Assembly: GCA_964610045.1 (NCBI GenBank)
Contig: CAZSUN010000008.1
Location: forward strand, 5,236-69,235
Reading direction: 5' to 3'
Length of the DNA stretch: 64,000 nt
From: an uncultured Sphaerobacteraceae bacterium
Lineage (GTDB): Bacteria; Chloroflexota; Chloroflexia; Thermomicrobiales; UBA6265
Shown here: positions 36,550-45,796 of the stretch, in pieces
Position numbering within the stretch: position 1 is the first letter of the stretch
How the letters are laid out: the number at the start of each line of letters is the position of its first letter
Position numbers and translations under genes: made by a program
The notes under the pieces: generated by a model
The model's database searches: none
Seen by the model: the letters and a program-made list of their open reading frames with translations, nothing else
Told to the model about the DNA's origin: nothing

Positions 36550-38763
36550 TCACTCGTCGCCAATCAGGACCGTGCGCCCACGCACCCCGTCGGACGGACC
36601 GATCACGCCATCGTCTTCCATCTGCTCGATCAGCCGGGCAGCGCGGTTGTAGCCGATCCGCAATCGCCGCTGGAGCATCGAGGCCGACGCTGAACCCTGT
36701 TGGCGAACGATCTCCAGGGCCTGCGCCATCATTGGATCGTCCTCAGCCGATTCACTCCCCGTCGCCCCGCCTTCGGCAGTCTCGCTGCTGGGCAGATCGA
36801 GCCAGGCCGGGTCGTACTGCGGGATCGGCGATACCGTCAGCCAATGGTCGACGATCGCCTTCACATCCTCATCGATGAACGAGCCCTGGACGCGCACTGG
36901 CTTGGCCGCGTCTGGCGGCAGGTAGAGCATGTCGCCCTTGCCGAGCAGGCGCTCGGCTCCCGGCATGTCGAGCACCACCCGGCTGTCGATCATGGACGAG
37001 ACGGCGAAGGCGATGCGCGCCGGCACATTCGCCTTGATCAGCCCGGTCAGCACATTCACCGACGGCCGTTGGGTCGCGATGATGAGGTGAATGCCGGTGG
37101 CGCGCGCCATCTGCGTCAGGCGGGCAAGCAGGCTCTCGACTTCATCCGGGGTGGTCATCATCAGGTCGGCAAGCTCGTCGATGATGACCACCATATACGG
37201 CAAGCGTTCCGCTTCGGGCTCGTCGGTCACCTTCAGGCGGTACCCGTCGATGTTGCGCACGCCAAGCTTCTTGAACAGCTCGTAACGGCGGGTCATCTCT
37301 TTCAGGACCATCCGCAGCGCCCCGACCACCTTGTCCATCTCCGTCACCACCGGGCACTGGAGATGCGGGACGGCGTTGAACATGGTGAGCTCGACCATCT
37401 TGGGGTCGATCATCACCAGCCGAACGTCTTCGGGCCGGAGCTTCAGGAGGAAGGTGCTGATGATCCCGTTGAGGCAGATGCTCTTGCCGGCGCCAGTGGC
37501 ACCGGCGATGAGCAGGTGCGGCATCTTCGTGAGGTCGCCGACGATGTACCGCCCGTTCACGTCACGACCAAGGGGCAACGGAAGTTTCGCCTTCGATTTG
37601 CTGAAGGCAGGCGACTCCATCACCTCCCGCAAGCCAACGGTTGCGATCTCCGGATTCGGGATTTCGAGGCCAACCCTGGCCATGCCCGGAATCGGCGCCT
37701 CGACGCGGATGCTCTGGGCTGCCAGGGCCAACGCGAGGTCGTTCTGCAGTTCGGTGATGCGCCGGACCTTGACGCCATTGCCAGGCTCGAGGGCGAACTG
37801 GGTAACCGCGGGACCAGGGTTGATTTCCCTCACCGTGGCCTCGACCTTGAAACTTGCAAGTGTCTCCTCTATCGCCCGTGCCTTCGCCTCCAGGTCGGTT
37901 GGGCTCGGCGCGATCGTTTCGTAGTACGACAGCAACCGGAGGTCTGGCAACGGCAGCGGCTTGCCGGCATCGACCGGCGCGGCCGGCTTCGACGGCGCGG
38001 AGGGGGGCTCCTTCCGCTCCTCGGCCCTGGGCAGATTGATGACCCGCTCGACAGGTTTGGCCTTCGCGGCTGGAGGCGCGGCAACGGGTGCAGGCCGCGT
38101 CTTCACCGGCGTCAATGGCGTGGCAGGAGCCGCGACTGGCCGGAGCTTCGGTGCGCGCTTCGGCCACAGTCTCCGCACGTCGCGCTCAAGTGTCATCAAG
38201 TCCGTGTTGGCCAACAGGAAAACGGAAATGACCCCGACGGCGAACAGCACGAGGCCGGAGGCGAATCGCCCAAGACCGCCCCGCGCAATGTCCCCAATCA
38301 CCATTCCGAGCGCGCCCGAGTCATCCTGGCTCCCGAAGGACAGGAGTCCAAGCGCGGCGGCGGCGAACAGGAACGTCCCGAAGTAGTGCCGGAAGAGCAG
38401 GATCGGGCCAGCCTGTGTCGAGAACGCACGCACGGCCACAAGCGTGATGAAGATGGGCACGAGGGGAGCACCTCGACCAAACGCGCCCGAAAGCACGCTC
38501 CCCCACCACGAGAGTATGGCGCCGTCCCGCTCACCCCGGCCGAGGGCCCAGGCGCTCAGGAGCGCAAGCAGCACGAATCCGATACCGGCAATCTCGCGGC
38601 GGAGACGATCCGAGACGGTGAACGATGGAACCAGCCCGGCGAAGAACGAGCGAATACGAAGCCACCACCGGGAAAGCGGGGAAACCTGTTGTTTCCTGCG
38701 CGATCGGCTCGCTGTGCCACGGGTTTTGCTCGTATCAGTGCGGGCTCGAGTCTGCGTCGCCAT
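36550..38763 (-). CDS. ftsK: DNA translocase FtsK
   Basis: N-terminal TM helices and a Pro/Ala-rich linker. Motor domain with PHLLIAGATGAGKS, VVIIDELADLMM, HLIIATQRPS. The gamma domain ends ASASMLQRRLRIGYNRAARLIEQME. Confidence 0.93.
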   Translation of the reverse strand: MATQTRARTDTSKTRGTASRSRRKQQVSPLSRWWLRIRSFFAGLVPSFTVSDRLRREIAGIGFVLLALLSAWALGRGERDGAILSWWGSVLSGAFGRGAPLVPIFITLVAVRAFSTQAGPILLFRHYFGTFLFAAAALGLLSFGSQDDSGALGMVIGDIARGGLGRFASGLVLFAVGVISVFLLANTDLMTLERDVRRLWPKRAPKLRPVAAPATPLTPVKTRPAPVAAPPAAKAKPVERVINLPRAEERKEPPSAPSKPAAPVDAGKPLPLPDLRLLSYYETIAPSPTDLEAKARAIEETLASFKVEATVREINPGPAVTQFALEPGNGVKVRRITELQNDLALALAAQSIRVEAPIPGMARVGLEIPNPEIATVGLREVMESPAFSKSKAKLPLPLGRDVNGRYIVGDLTKMPHLLIAGATGAGKSICLNGIISTFLLKLRPEDVRLVMIDPKMVELTMFNAVPHLQCPVVTEMDKVVGALRMVLKEMTRRYELFKKLGVRNIDGYRLKVTDEPEAERLPYMVVIIDELADLMMTTPDEVESLLARLTQMARATGIHLIIATQRPSVNVLTGLIKANVPARIAFAVSSMIDSRVVLDMPGAERLLGKGDMLYLPPDAAKPVRVQGSFIDEDVKAIVDHWLTVSPIPQYDPAWLDLPSSETAEGGATGSESAEDDPMMAQALEIVRQQGSASASMLQRRLRIGYNRAARLIEQMEDDGVIGPSDGVRGRTVLIGDE

Positions 38764-39031
38764 TCACCACTCCCGCAACGCCAGCCGCAACGGCTGGGCC
38801 ATGGGAAACAACCGGCACGCCTCCGACAAGGGCGTACGTACATTATACACAGGGGGAGCCCCGCCAGGAGGTTTCGCTGCCGGTGAGGCATCGGACGGCC
38901 AGGAGGCTGCGATTTCTCCCTCAGTGAGTCTTGCGAGCACGCCAACTCGGTCGTATCATAAAGAAATACGGTCAAATGTCCTTATCACGGAATTATTCAC
39001 TGTTCCATGACATTTTCATTGTGCATCGCCA

Positions 39032-40084
39032 ATGCATAACGGACGTGTCACTTCGAACGAGAGTTTGGCCATGCTAAATCGCTCGATGACTGCATCGACC
39101 AACCCGATACCAATCATCGGCAAACCCGCGCCCCGAGGAGATCGCCCGTTGTCCACGCCTGTCCGGCCTACGCCGTCGCTGACACGGTACGCCTGGCTGT
39201 CGATCGGCGCCGCGATCCTGACGATCGCCCTCAAGGCACTTGCCTGGCGGCTGACCGGCTCGGTCGGTTTGCTGTCGGATGCCCTCGAATCGGTGGTGAA
39301 CCTCGTTGCCGCGGTAGCAGCGCTCCTGGCGCTCCATGTTGCCGACCAGGCGCCGGATGAAGCGCATGCCTACGGTCACAGCAAGGCCGAGTACTTCTCC
39401 AGCAGCCTGGAGGGGTTGCTCATCCTGGTCGCGGCCAGTGTCATCGTCGTCACCGCCATTCCGCGACTGTTCAATCCGGCCGATATCGAAAGTCTCGGGA
39501 TTGGCATTGCGGTTTCGATTGTGGCGGCGCTGGTCAACCTGGCCGTCGCCTGGAAGCTGTCGGCAGCGGCCAAAGCGTACCGGTCGGTCACCCTCGACGC
39601 CGACGCGAAACACCTGATGGTGGATGTTTGGACGACCGCCGGCGTTGTCATCGCGATCGGCCTGACCGGGTTGACCGGATGGAACCGCCTCGACGCAGTC
39701 GTCGCGCTGGTGGTGGCCGCCAATATCATCTGGACCGGGATCCGATTGATCCGGTCATCCATGCTCGGCCTGCTGGACACCGCGATTTCGCCGGATGAGA
39801 TGGCGGTCGTGGAAACGATTCTCGATGCGTACCGGCGCGATCAGGGCATCCAGACCCACGCGCTGAGGACCCGGCAGGCGGGATCGCGGCAGTTCGTGTC
39901 GTTCCACCTGCTGGTACCGGGCGAGTGGTCGGTCGAACGCGGGCACGATCTGGCCGAGCACATCGAGCAACAAATCCGGGCAGCATTGCCGGGAACGACG
40001 GTGTTCACCCACGTCGAACCCGTGAACGATCCAGTCTCCTGGGCCGACGCCGGGTTGGACGGGGCCCCGCCGGTCGCGGGGTAG
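39032..40084 (+). CDS. Cation diffusion facilitator (CDF) metal efflux transporter
   Basis: LLSDALESVVNLVAA, HAYGHSKAEYFSS, and a C-terminal cytoplasmic domain HALRTRQAGSRQFVSFHLLVP. The true start may be 39071 or 39083. Confidence 0.85.
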   Translation: MHNGRVTSNESLAMLNRSMTASTNPIPIIGKPAPRGDRPLSTPVRPTPSLTRYAWLSIGAAILTIALKALAWRLTGSVGLLSDALESVVNLVAAVAALLALHVADQAPDEAHAYGHSKAEYFSSSLEGLLILVAASVIVVTAIPRLFNPADIESLGIGIAVSIVAALVNLAVAWKLSAAAKAYRSVTLDADAKHLMVDVWTTAGVVIAIGLTGLTGWNRLDAVVALVVAANIIWTGIRLIRSSMLGLLDTAISPDEMAVVETILDAYRRDQGIQTHALRTRQAGSRQFVSFHLLVPGEWSVERGHDLAEHIEQQIRAALPGTTVFTHVEPVNDPVSWADAGLDGAPPVAG

Positions 40085-40129
40085 CGCAATGTCCGGCGAC
40101 GCCGGAACGGTCAACCAGCGTGCTCCGGA

Positions 40130-40756
40130 CTAGAACAACGTACCCTGAGTCGCGGACTCGCCCTTTTCCCGGGCGGATTCACGCGCCCGTTCGCGGTCGG
40201 CGAGCAGTTTCGGCAACTTCGCGAAGTCCTCGATGATGGTTTCCTTGAGCGCGCCCTGGTGGAGGGCAGCGGCGGGGTGATACATCGGCACCACCAGGCG
40301 ATGCCCGATTTCCTTCGCCTGACCATGAATGCGTGAAATGCGCTCACCAGGGAAGTACCGGGACATCGAGAACCGTCCGAGCGTGACGACGACGTCCGGA
40401 TCGATCAGGGTGACCTGACGATCGAGGTAGCCGGAACACGCCTGCATTTCGTCCGGCAACGGGTCGCGGTTGCCGGGCGGGCGACACTTCACGACATTGG
40501 TGATGAACACATCCTCGCGTTGCAACCCTGCGTGGCCGATCAGTTCGGTCAGGAACTTGCCGGAGGCGCCGACAAAGGGTTTGCCCTGCTGGTCTTCATG
40601 CCAGCCCGGCCCTTCGCCGATCAGCATCACCCGCGCCTTCGGGTTGCCTTCACCGGGAACGGCATGGGTCCGCGATCGCGACAATTCACAGAGGGTACAC
40701 GAGCGCACCTCGTCCGCGATCCTGTCCATCGAATCGCCAGCGTCATCGATTGCCAT
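40130..40756 (-). CDS. Uracil-DNA glycosylase, family 4
   Basis: CTLCEL...MLIGEGPGWHEDQQGKPFVGASGKFL...NVVKCRPPGNRDP...HPAA. Confidence 0.85.
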   Translation of the reverse strand: MAIDDAGDSMDRIADEVRSCTLCELSRSRTHAVPGEGNPKARVMLIGEGPGWHEDQQGKPFVGASGKFLTELIGHAGLQREDVFITNVVKCRPPGNRDPLPDEMQACSGYLDRQVTLIDPDVVVTLGRFSMSRYFPGERISRIHGQAKEIGHRLVVPMYHPAAALHQGALKETIIEDFAKLPKLLADRERARESAREKGESATQGTLF

Positions 40757-40861
40757 AGAGTCCCCTCCCGGATCGCGTGCGTCGTCAGCGTGGGAGTATA
40801 CCCAGTCTCCAGCGTCCGTACACCCGGTTTATCGTCCTGCGCGCCACTCTGCCCGAGGACG

Positions 40862-40900
40862 GACAACGGGCCGTTCCCTGCCGGGGAACGGCCCGTTGTC
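40862..40900 (-). terminator. Perfect 17-bp hairpin immediately downstream of the 942-aa gene (no U-tract)
   Basis: gacaacgggccgttccc / tgccg / gggaacggcccgttgtc, 20 nt after the stop at 40921. Confidence 0.5.
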
Positions 40901-40920
40901 GTCATTCCGTGTCGCGGAGG

Positions 40921-43749
40921 CTACCCGCCGGCGGTCAAGGGGAAGGAGAATGCCTGGACCCGCCCCGACTCAGTCTCGAACGAGACCAGCAAGGTCGCCT
41001 CATCCGTCTCGGGAACCGTGCCGTAACTGGCGCCGTACCAGTTGTTGGCCTCAATCTCCTTCTCCTCCTGGAGCAGGATGTTCCCGTCGGCATCGACGAC
41101 GAAGACCACCATTGTGCCGTTCTCGCTGCCACTGGCCCAGGAGATCTCCAATTGGCCATCGCTGATAGCCGGTGTCCCCTGGAAGGTCAGACCCTCACCC
41201 TCAGCCACGCTTGCGCGGCCACCCAGTCCAACACCATCCCACGCCGATTGGGCGATGGATTGGGGAGAACGCGTGCTCTGGGCGACATCGAGCGGCATGA
41301 TCGGTGCATCGATGTCTTCGGAAACGACCACGTCCTCCGTCGCGGCCACGGCGACCGGTGAGGCGACCGGAGTCGCTCCCACGGCCTCGGGCGAGGCCGA
41401 GACGACGGGTAGTTCGTCGACGAGGGTGATCTGGCCCCAGCGGTACGGATCGCCCTGGACACCGCCCCAGGTCGACCAGCCGAGTCGCGTTTGCCCGGTC
41501 AGGTCCTGGGTGTCGGAGTCGTAGATGAAGATGTTGAGCGCCGCCTGGTTCGGATCGAACTCGGCTGGCAAGGCGTCGAACGGAATGAATGTCTCGAGGA
41601 CATAGCCGCTGTATGGATCGCTGAGCGTGCTGGCGACTTCGAAGCCCGGGGCGGTCTCCGCGACCGGTCCCTGGTGCGCATCGGCATCGCGATACGCCTG
41701 CGGCTGGCCGTCGGTCGAGGTCGGGAACACGCCGACCTTGAAGGTGGCGGAGGTATTGGATGCCGTGCCCAGCGGATCGATCGCGATCTCGACCGAATCG
41801 GTCCGCCAGTGGCGCTTGGCATCTTCGGGCGTCAGGACGGTGCCGAGGATATCGTCGTGGACTTCAACGGCGACATAGAGGCCGTTCTCGTCCCAGGCGA
41901 GCCACGCGGTACCAGAGGCATCTTCCGGGGAGTCCGGGGGATCGCCCTCCCAGACCCGGCTCACATCGATACCGTCGCCGGCGTACTCGCCGTCGGAAAT
42001 GACGCCGTCGATCGCCAGGTCCGGCGAGGCGGGACCAACCAGCGCGGCCGGAACGAGATTGAGCCCGGCCTGGTTCGTGGACGAACCTGCGCTGGAGTCG
42101 GTGGTGACGGTGAACCAGTAGGTGCCGTCCTCGCCGCCCTCGTTCGAGGTCGGGAGCGACGTGTCGGTATTGGTGACGGAGAACGAAACGGTCGTCGACT
42201 CGCCGGCGGCGAGGCCATCGTATGACTGGCTCGATTCGGCGGCGGTGAATCCACCAGGCAGGTCGATCGACACGCTGCCGGACTGCGCCTCCGCGGAATT
42301 GTTGGTCACCAGCACATCGAGGTCACGCGTTTCGCCAACGGCGATCGCATCCCAGGCGCCGATGAGGCCAGTGAGTTGCGGCACATTGGAGGCGACCGCC
42401 CAGTCGAGGAACTGCGCGATTTCCGGCCGCGGCGCAAGTACGCCAGACACGGCGGGCGCGACATTGACCGCTTCAACGGTGCCGCCGATCACACCATTGG
42501 CGTTGAGCGTGCCGCCGATCCGGTACTTCGTGTTGGCGGCGGCATCGGCAGCCGGGGTGATCGTGAACTCCTGGGCCAGGCTGGCGCCGTCGGCCACCGG
42601 ATCGCCGGCTGCCTCGGAGGTCCAGCCGTCAGGCACGGCAAGCATGAAGGTGCCGGCGGAGATGTCCTCCCCCTCGGCAGCGGTGGCGCTGGCGGTGACG
42701 GTGAACGCCTCACCCGCCAGGACGTTGAACTGACTCGCCGTCAACGACAGCTGGGTCCCGAGTGGCAATCCGCCCGGTTCCGGCAAGACGGCATTCTCGA
42801 GTACGGCTGTCGTGCTCGCCTTGTAGGGAGAGATCGGCACGCGGGAGTCGATCAGGGTAAAGAAGTTGCAGGGGATCTCGGCGGGGTCAGTCGGGGCGTC
42901 GGGGAATCCAGCCCACCCCTGCGATGCATAGGCGCGTTGGCCGTCGCGGGCGATTTCACCCCAATTGCGACCACCGTTGGCCTCGGAAATCGTGCCCTGC
43001 CAGACACCGAAGGTAACTTCGGTCGGATCGCTGGGGTGGTACGACGTGGCGCAGTCCGGACCTGGCGCGGCGAAGAGGAACGGCGACTGCCAAATACTGG
43101 CCGCGCTCCACGCCTCGAGCCCTTCATCGGTGATCTGGTCCGGGAATCGCTCCGGATCGGCCGCGGCGTAGAAGGCATCGATGGCGAGCCTGGCCGCCAC
43201 CTGGTGGTGACCGTGATTCCCCGGTGTTGGCGACGGGTTCATCGTGATGATGACTTCCGGCCGGGTCGTGCGAACGACGCGGACGACGCGTTCAAGGGTG
43301 TCCTCGTAGTCCCAGGTCTGGATCGTCAACGGTGCGCTGACGGTGTAGTAGAAGTCCACCTTGTCCATGTAATAAACGTGTTCGATGCCGGCGTAACCAA
43401 CCGCCGTCCGCTCTTCCGCTTCGCGGATGAGGCCCAGCGCCGGTCCCTCTTCGGGCCCGATCGCATTGCCGCCGCCTTCACCACGGGTGACCGTGATCAC
43501 ACCCATGTTGACATCGGCGAACTCGTTCCACTGCCCATAGGCGGCCAGGCCAAAGGCTTCGTCGTCCGGATGAGCACCGATGAAGAGGACATCGAGGTCA
43601 ACCGGTCCATTGGCTTCGGATTCGGCAACCGGCGACGCCTGGGGTGTCGCACTCTCCTGGGCGTAGAGGGTGACTGGCGCAAGCATCGAGGCAACAAGCC
43701 CGAACACCGCTAGCAGTGCGAGCACGGTACGAGGTATTGGGATCCGCAT
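40921..43749 (-). CDS. Secreted multidomain protein: N-terminal PIG-L/LmbE-type deacetylase, NEW3-like domains, CBM9/DOMON-like carbohydrate-binding domain
   Basis: Signal peptide MRIPIPRTVLALLAVFGLVASMLAPVTLYA. LmbE motifs FIGAHPDDEAFG and GNHGHHQ. NEW3-like SVSIDLPGGFTA. CBM9-like AIDGVISDGEYAG...WLAWDENGLYVAVEVHDD...DSVEIAIDP. Confidence 0.72.
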   Translation of the reverse strand: MRIPIPRTVLALLAVFGLVASMLAPVTLYAQESATPQASPVAESEANGPVDLDVLFIGAHPDDEAFGLAAYGQWNEFADVNMGVITVTRGEGGGNAIGPEEGPALGLIREAEERTAVGYAGIEHVYYMDKVDFYYTVSAPLTIQTWDYEDTLERVVRVVRTTRPEVIITMNPSPTPGNHGHHQVAARLAIDAFYAAADPERFPDQITDEGLEAWSAASIWQSPFLFAAPGPDCATSYHPSDPTEVTFGVWQGTISEANGGRNWGEIARDGQRAYASQGWAGFPDAPTDPAEIPCNFFTLIDSRVPISPYKASTTAVLENAVLPEPGGLPLGTQLSLTASQFNVLAGEAFTVTASATAAEGEDISAGTFMLAVPDGWTSEAAGDPVADGASLAQEFTITPAADAAANTKYRIGGTLNANGVIGGTVEAVNVAPAVSGVLAPRPEIAQFLDWAVASNVPQLTGLIGAWDAIAVGETRDLDVLVTNNSAEAQSGSVSIDLPGGFTAAESSQSYDGLAAGESTTVSFSVTNTDTSLPTSNEGGEDGTYWFTVTTDSSAGSSTNQAGLNLVPAALVGPASPDLAIDGVISDGEYAGDGIDVSRVWEGDPPDSPEDASGTAWLAWDENGLYVAVEVHDDILGTVLTPEDAKRHWRTDSVEIAIDPLGTASNTSATFKVGVFPTSTDGQPQAYRDADAHQGPVAETAPGFEVASTLSDPYSGYVLETFIPFDALPAEFDPNQAALNIFIYDSDTQDLTGQTRLGWSTWGGVQGDPYRWGQITLVDELPVVSASPEAVGATPVASPVAVAATEDVVVSEDIDAPIMPLDVAQSTRSPQSIAQSAWDGVGLGGRASVAEGEGLTFQGTPAISDGQLEISWASGSENGTMVVFVVDADGNILLQEEKEIEANNWYGASYGTVPETDEATLLVSFETESGRVQAFSFPLTAGG

Positions 43750-43858
43750 GACTCAGCCCCCTGAATTGTGACCGGAAGACACGACGCTACTACCGACTAC
43801 CCAACCACAGAATCAGGTATCTCGCAATCCCCCATCTGCCGGTTCCGTCGCAGTCGCA

Positions 43859-44683
43859 CTACCCCTTGAGGGCTCCCTCGGTCAAGCCGGCGATGAGCTG
43901 CTTCTGGAAGAGGAGGAAGATGAGGATCAGCGGCAGGAAGATGATGGTTGCCCCGGCGGCGATCAATGGCATGTTCGCGGTCCAGCGCTGCTGGAAGTAG
44001 AGGATGCCGACCGGGAGCGTGTGGTAGTCGGGGTCGATGTTGACGACGAGCGGCAGCAGGAACTCGTTCCATGTCCAAATGAAGAACAGGAGCGCCAGTG
44101 TCCCGATCAGCGGTCTCGCCAGCGGGAACATCACCTGCCAGAGGATTTGCCAGGAATTGGCGCCGTCGAGCACCGATGCTTCCACGATATCCGGCGGCAC
44201 GGAGGCGAACGCCTGGCGCATCAGGAGCGTCCCGAACGACATGCTCATCGCGATCTGGGGCAGGATCAGCGCCCACAGGCTGTCGAGCAGATTGACCTCC
44301 CGCATCAGGTAGAAGAGCGGCACGACCATCGCCTGCAAGGGAACGACGAGTCCGATCAGGAAGTAGGCGAAGATCGCATTCGAGCCGCGAAACCGATAGC
44401 GCGCAAAGGCGTAGCCGGTCATTGCGGAGAAGAGCACCGAGGGTATGACGACCGCAATCGCGACCACCGTGCTGTTCAGGAAGAACCGGCTGAAGTGACC
44501 GACCCGCCACGCCTCGCGGTAGTTCTCCCAGGCCGGTTGCTCGGGCCAGGCGAATACGCTCTGGACGATCTCAGGCATCGTCTTGATCGATGCCAGGGAC
44601 GTGATCAGGAACGGCACGATCGCAACGATGCAGCCGATGGTCAGCAACAGGTAGGCAAGGCCGCGCCGGATCATCGCTGCCAC
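43859..44683 (-). CDS. Carbohydrate ABC transporter permease (MalG-like)
   Basis: EAA loop EASVLDGANSWQILWQVMFPLARP, six TM segments. Confidence 0.87.
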   Translation of the reverse strand: MAAMIRRGLAYLLLTIGCIVAIVPFLITSLASIKTMPEIVQSVFAWPEQPAWENYREAWRVGHFSRFFLNSTVVAIAVVIPSVLFSAMTGYAFARYRFRGSNAIFAYFLIGLVVPLQAMVVPLFYLMREVNLLDSLWALILPQIAMSMSFGTLLMRQAFASVPPDIVEASVLDGANSWQILWQVMFPLARPLIGTLALLFFIWTWNEFLLPLVVNIDPDYHTLPVGILYFQQRWTANMPLIAAGATIIFLPLILIFLLFQKQLIAGLTEGALKG

Positions 44684-44738
44684 CGGCTCTCGTTGACGCT
44701 GCGTGCTGATCGCGAGGACGCCGGCACAACCCCTGCCG

Positions 44739-44813
44739 TTGTCACTCCGAGCGCCAGCGAGGAATCTGCAAACGGCACGATCTTCAGATTCCTCGCTTCG
44801 CTCGGAATGACAA
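44739..44813. repeat. Family B composite palindrome (two inverted GTCAYTCCGAGC..GCGAGGAATCT units, 18-nt spacer) between the two permease genes
   Basis: Units at 44741..44767 (gtcactccgagcgccagcgaggaatct) and 44786..44811 (agattcctcgcttcgctcggaatgac). Confidence 0.8.
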
Positions 44814-44848
44814 CACCGGTGTGTTTGGCCACAGGCATCGCGCCAGTC

Positions 44849-45796
44849 CTAATCATCGGATTCCCCGAACATACGCAGGACGAGCAGGGACAGCACCAGG
44901 GTGATCACGGCCAGGAAGATGGCGATCGCAATCGCGAACCCGGCACGGTTGGCATCGAGGTTGTTCATCATGAAGAGGGCCAGGACAGTGGTGGAGTTAC
45001 CTGGCCCACCGTCCGTCGTGGCCTTGACCACATCGAACGCCCGCAGCGCGTTGATGAGGTTGACGGAGAGCACCACGGCGATCTCGCGCCGCAGGCCAGG
45101 GAGCGTCACGGCGCGGAATTCCTGCCAGCCGTTGGCGCCGTCGAGACGCGCGGCATCGTAGAGATCGGTCGGGATCTTCTGGATTCCGGCGACGAATACC
45201 ACGTAGCAGAACCCGTAGGCAGCCCAGGCCCCGATAAAGCCAATGGAGGGCAGCGCCCAGGTGAAGTCGGCGAGCCAGGTGGGAGGGTCGAAACCCCAGC
45301 CTTTCAGCACCGAGTTGACCGGGCCGAAGATGGGATTCAGCATCCAGCGCCAGACGACGCCGATCAGCACGCCTGGCATGATGTAGGGCAGGAACAGTCC
45401 AGCCTGGAAGATCGCTGCCCCACGCAGCTTCATCTGGTGAACGAGCGCGGCGGGAACGAGCCCGAGGATGGCCGGCAGGATCACGAAATATGGGATCAGG
45501 ATGAGGTTGTGGCGGAGTGCGGTCCAGAACTGGTCATCGCTGAAGGCATCGAGATAGTTATCGAACCCGATGAACGTGGCCGTGTCCCACGAGATGCCGT
45601 TCCAGGCCGTAAGGCTCAACACGATCGCCGCGATTACCGGGAAAATCACGAACGCCGTGAAGATGAGCAAACCCGGCAACAGGTAGGCGTAGGGGACCCA
45701 GGCAGCGCCAGCCCGCCGCTGGCGCGACGACGAAGAGCCGGTCACAAGGACCGGCTCCGAGATCGTCATACCAGGATCAGGCAAACGAGGCGGCAT
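44849..45796 (-). CDS. Carbohydrate ABC transporter permease (MalF-like)
   Basis: EAA loop YDAARLDGANGWQEFRAVTLPGLR, six TM segments. Confidence 0.87.
   Translation of the reverse strand: MPPRLPDPGMTISEPVLVTGSSSSRQRRAGAAWVPYAYLLPGLLIFTAFVIFPVIAAIVLSLTAWNGISWDTATFIGFDNYLDAFSDDQFWTALRHNLILIPYFVILPAILGLVPAALVHQMKLRGAAIFQAGLFLPYIMPGVLIGVVWRWMLNPIFGPVNSVLKGWGFDPPTWLADFTWALPSIGFIGAWAAYGFCYVVFVAGIQKIPTDLYDAARLDGANGWQEFRAVTLPGLRREIAVVLSVNLINALRAFDVVKATTDGGPGNSTTVLALFMMNNLDANRAGFAIAIAIFLAVITLVLSLLVLRMFGESDD

Noticed and set aside
38940-39030. AT-rich stretch with TTATTCACT and TTATCAC near ftsK, as a possible DnaA-box cluster/oriC or dif site
   Set aside because: There is only one 8-of-9 match to TTATNCACA and no box cluster or dnaA/dnaN context. 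No XerCD-type 11-6-11 dif architecture could be aligned. Ordinary divergent promoters are the simpler explanation.
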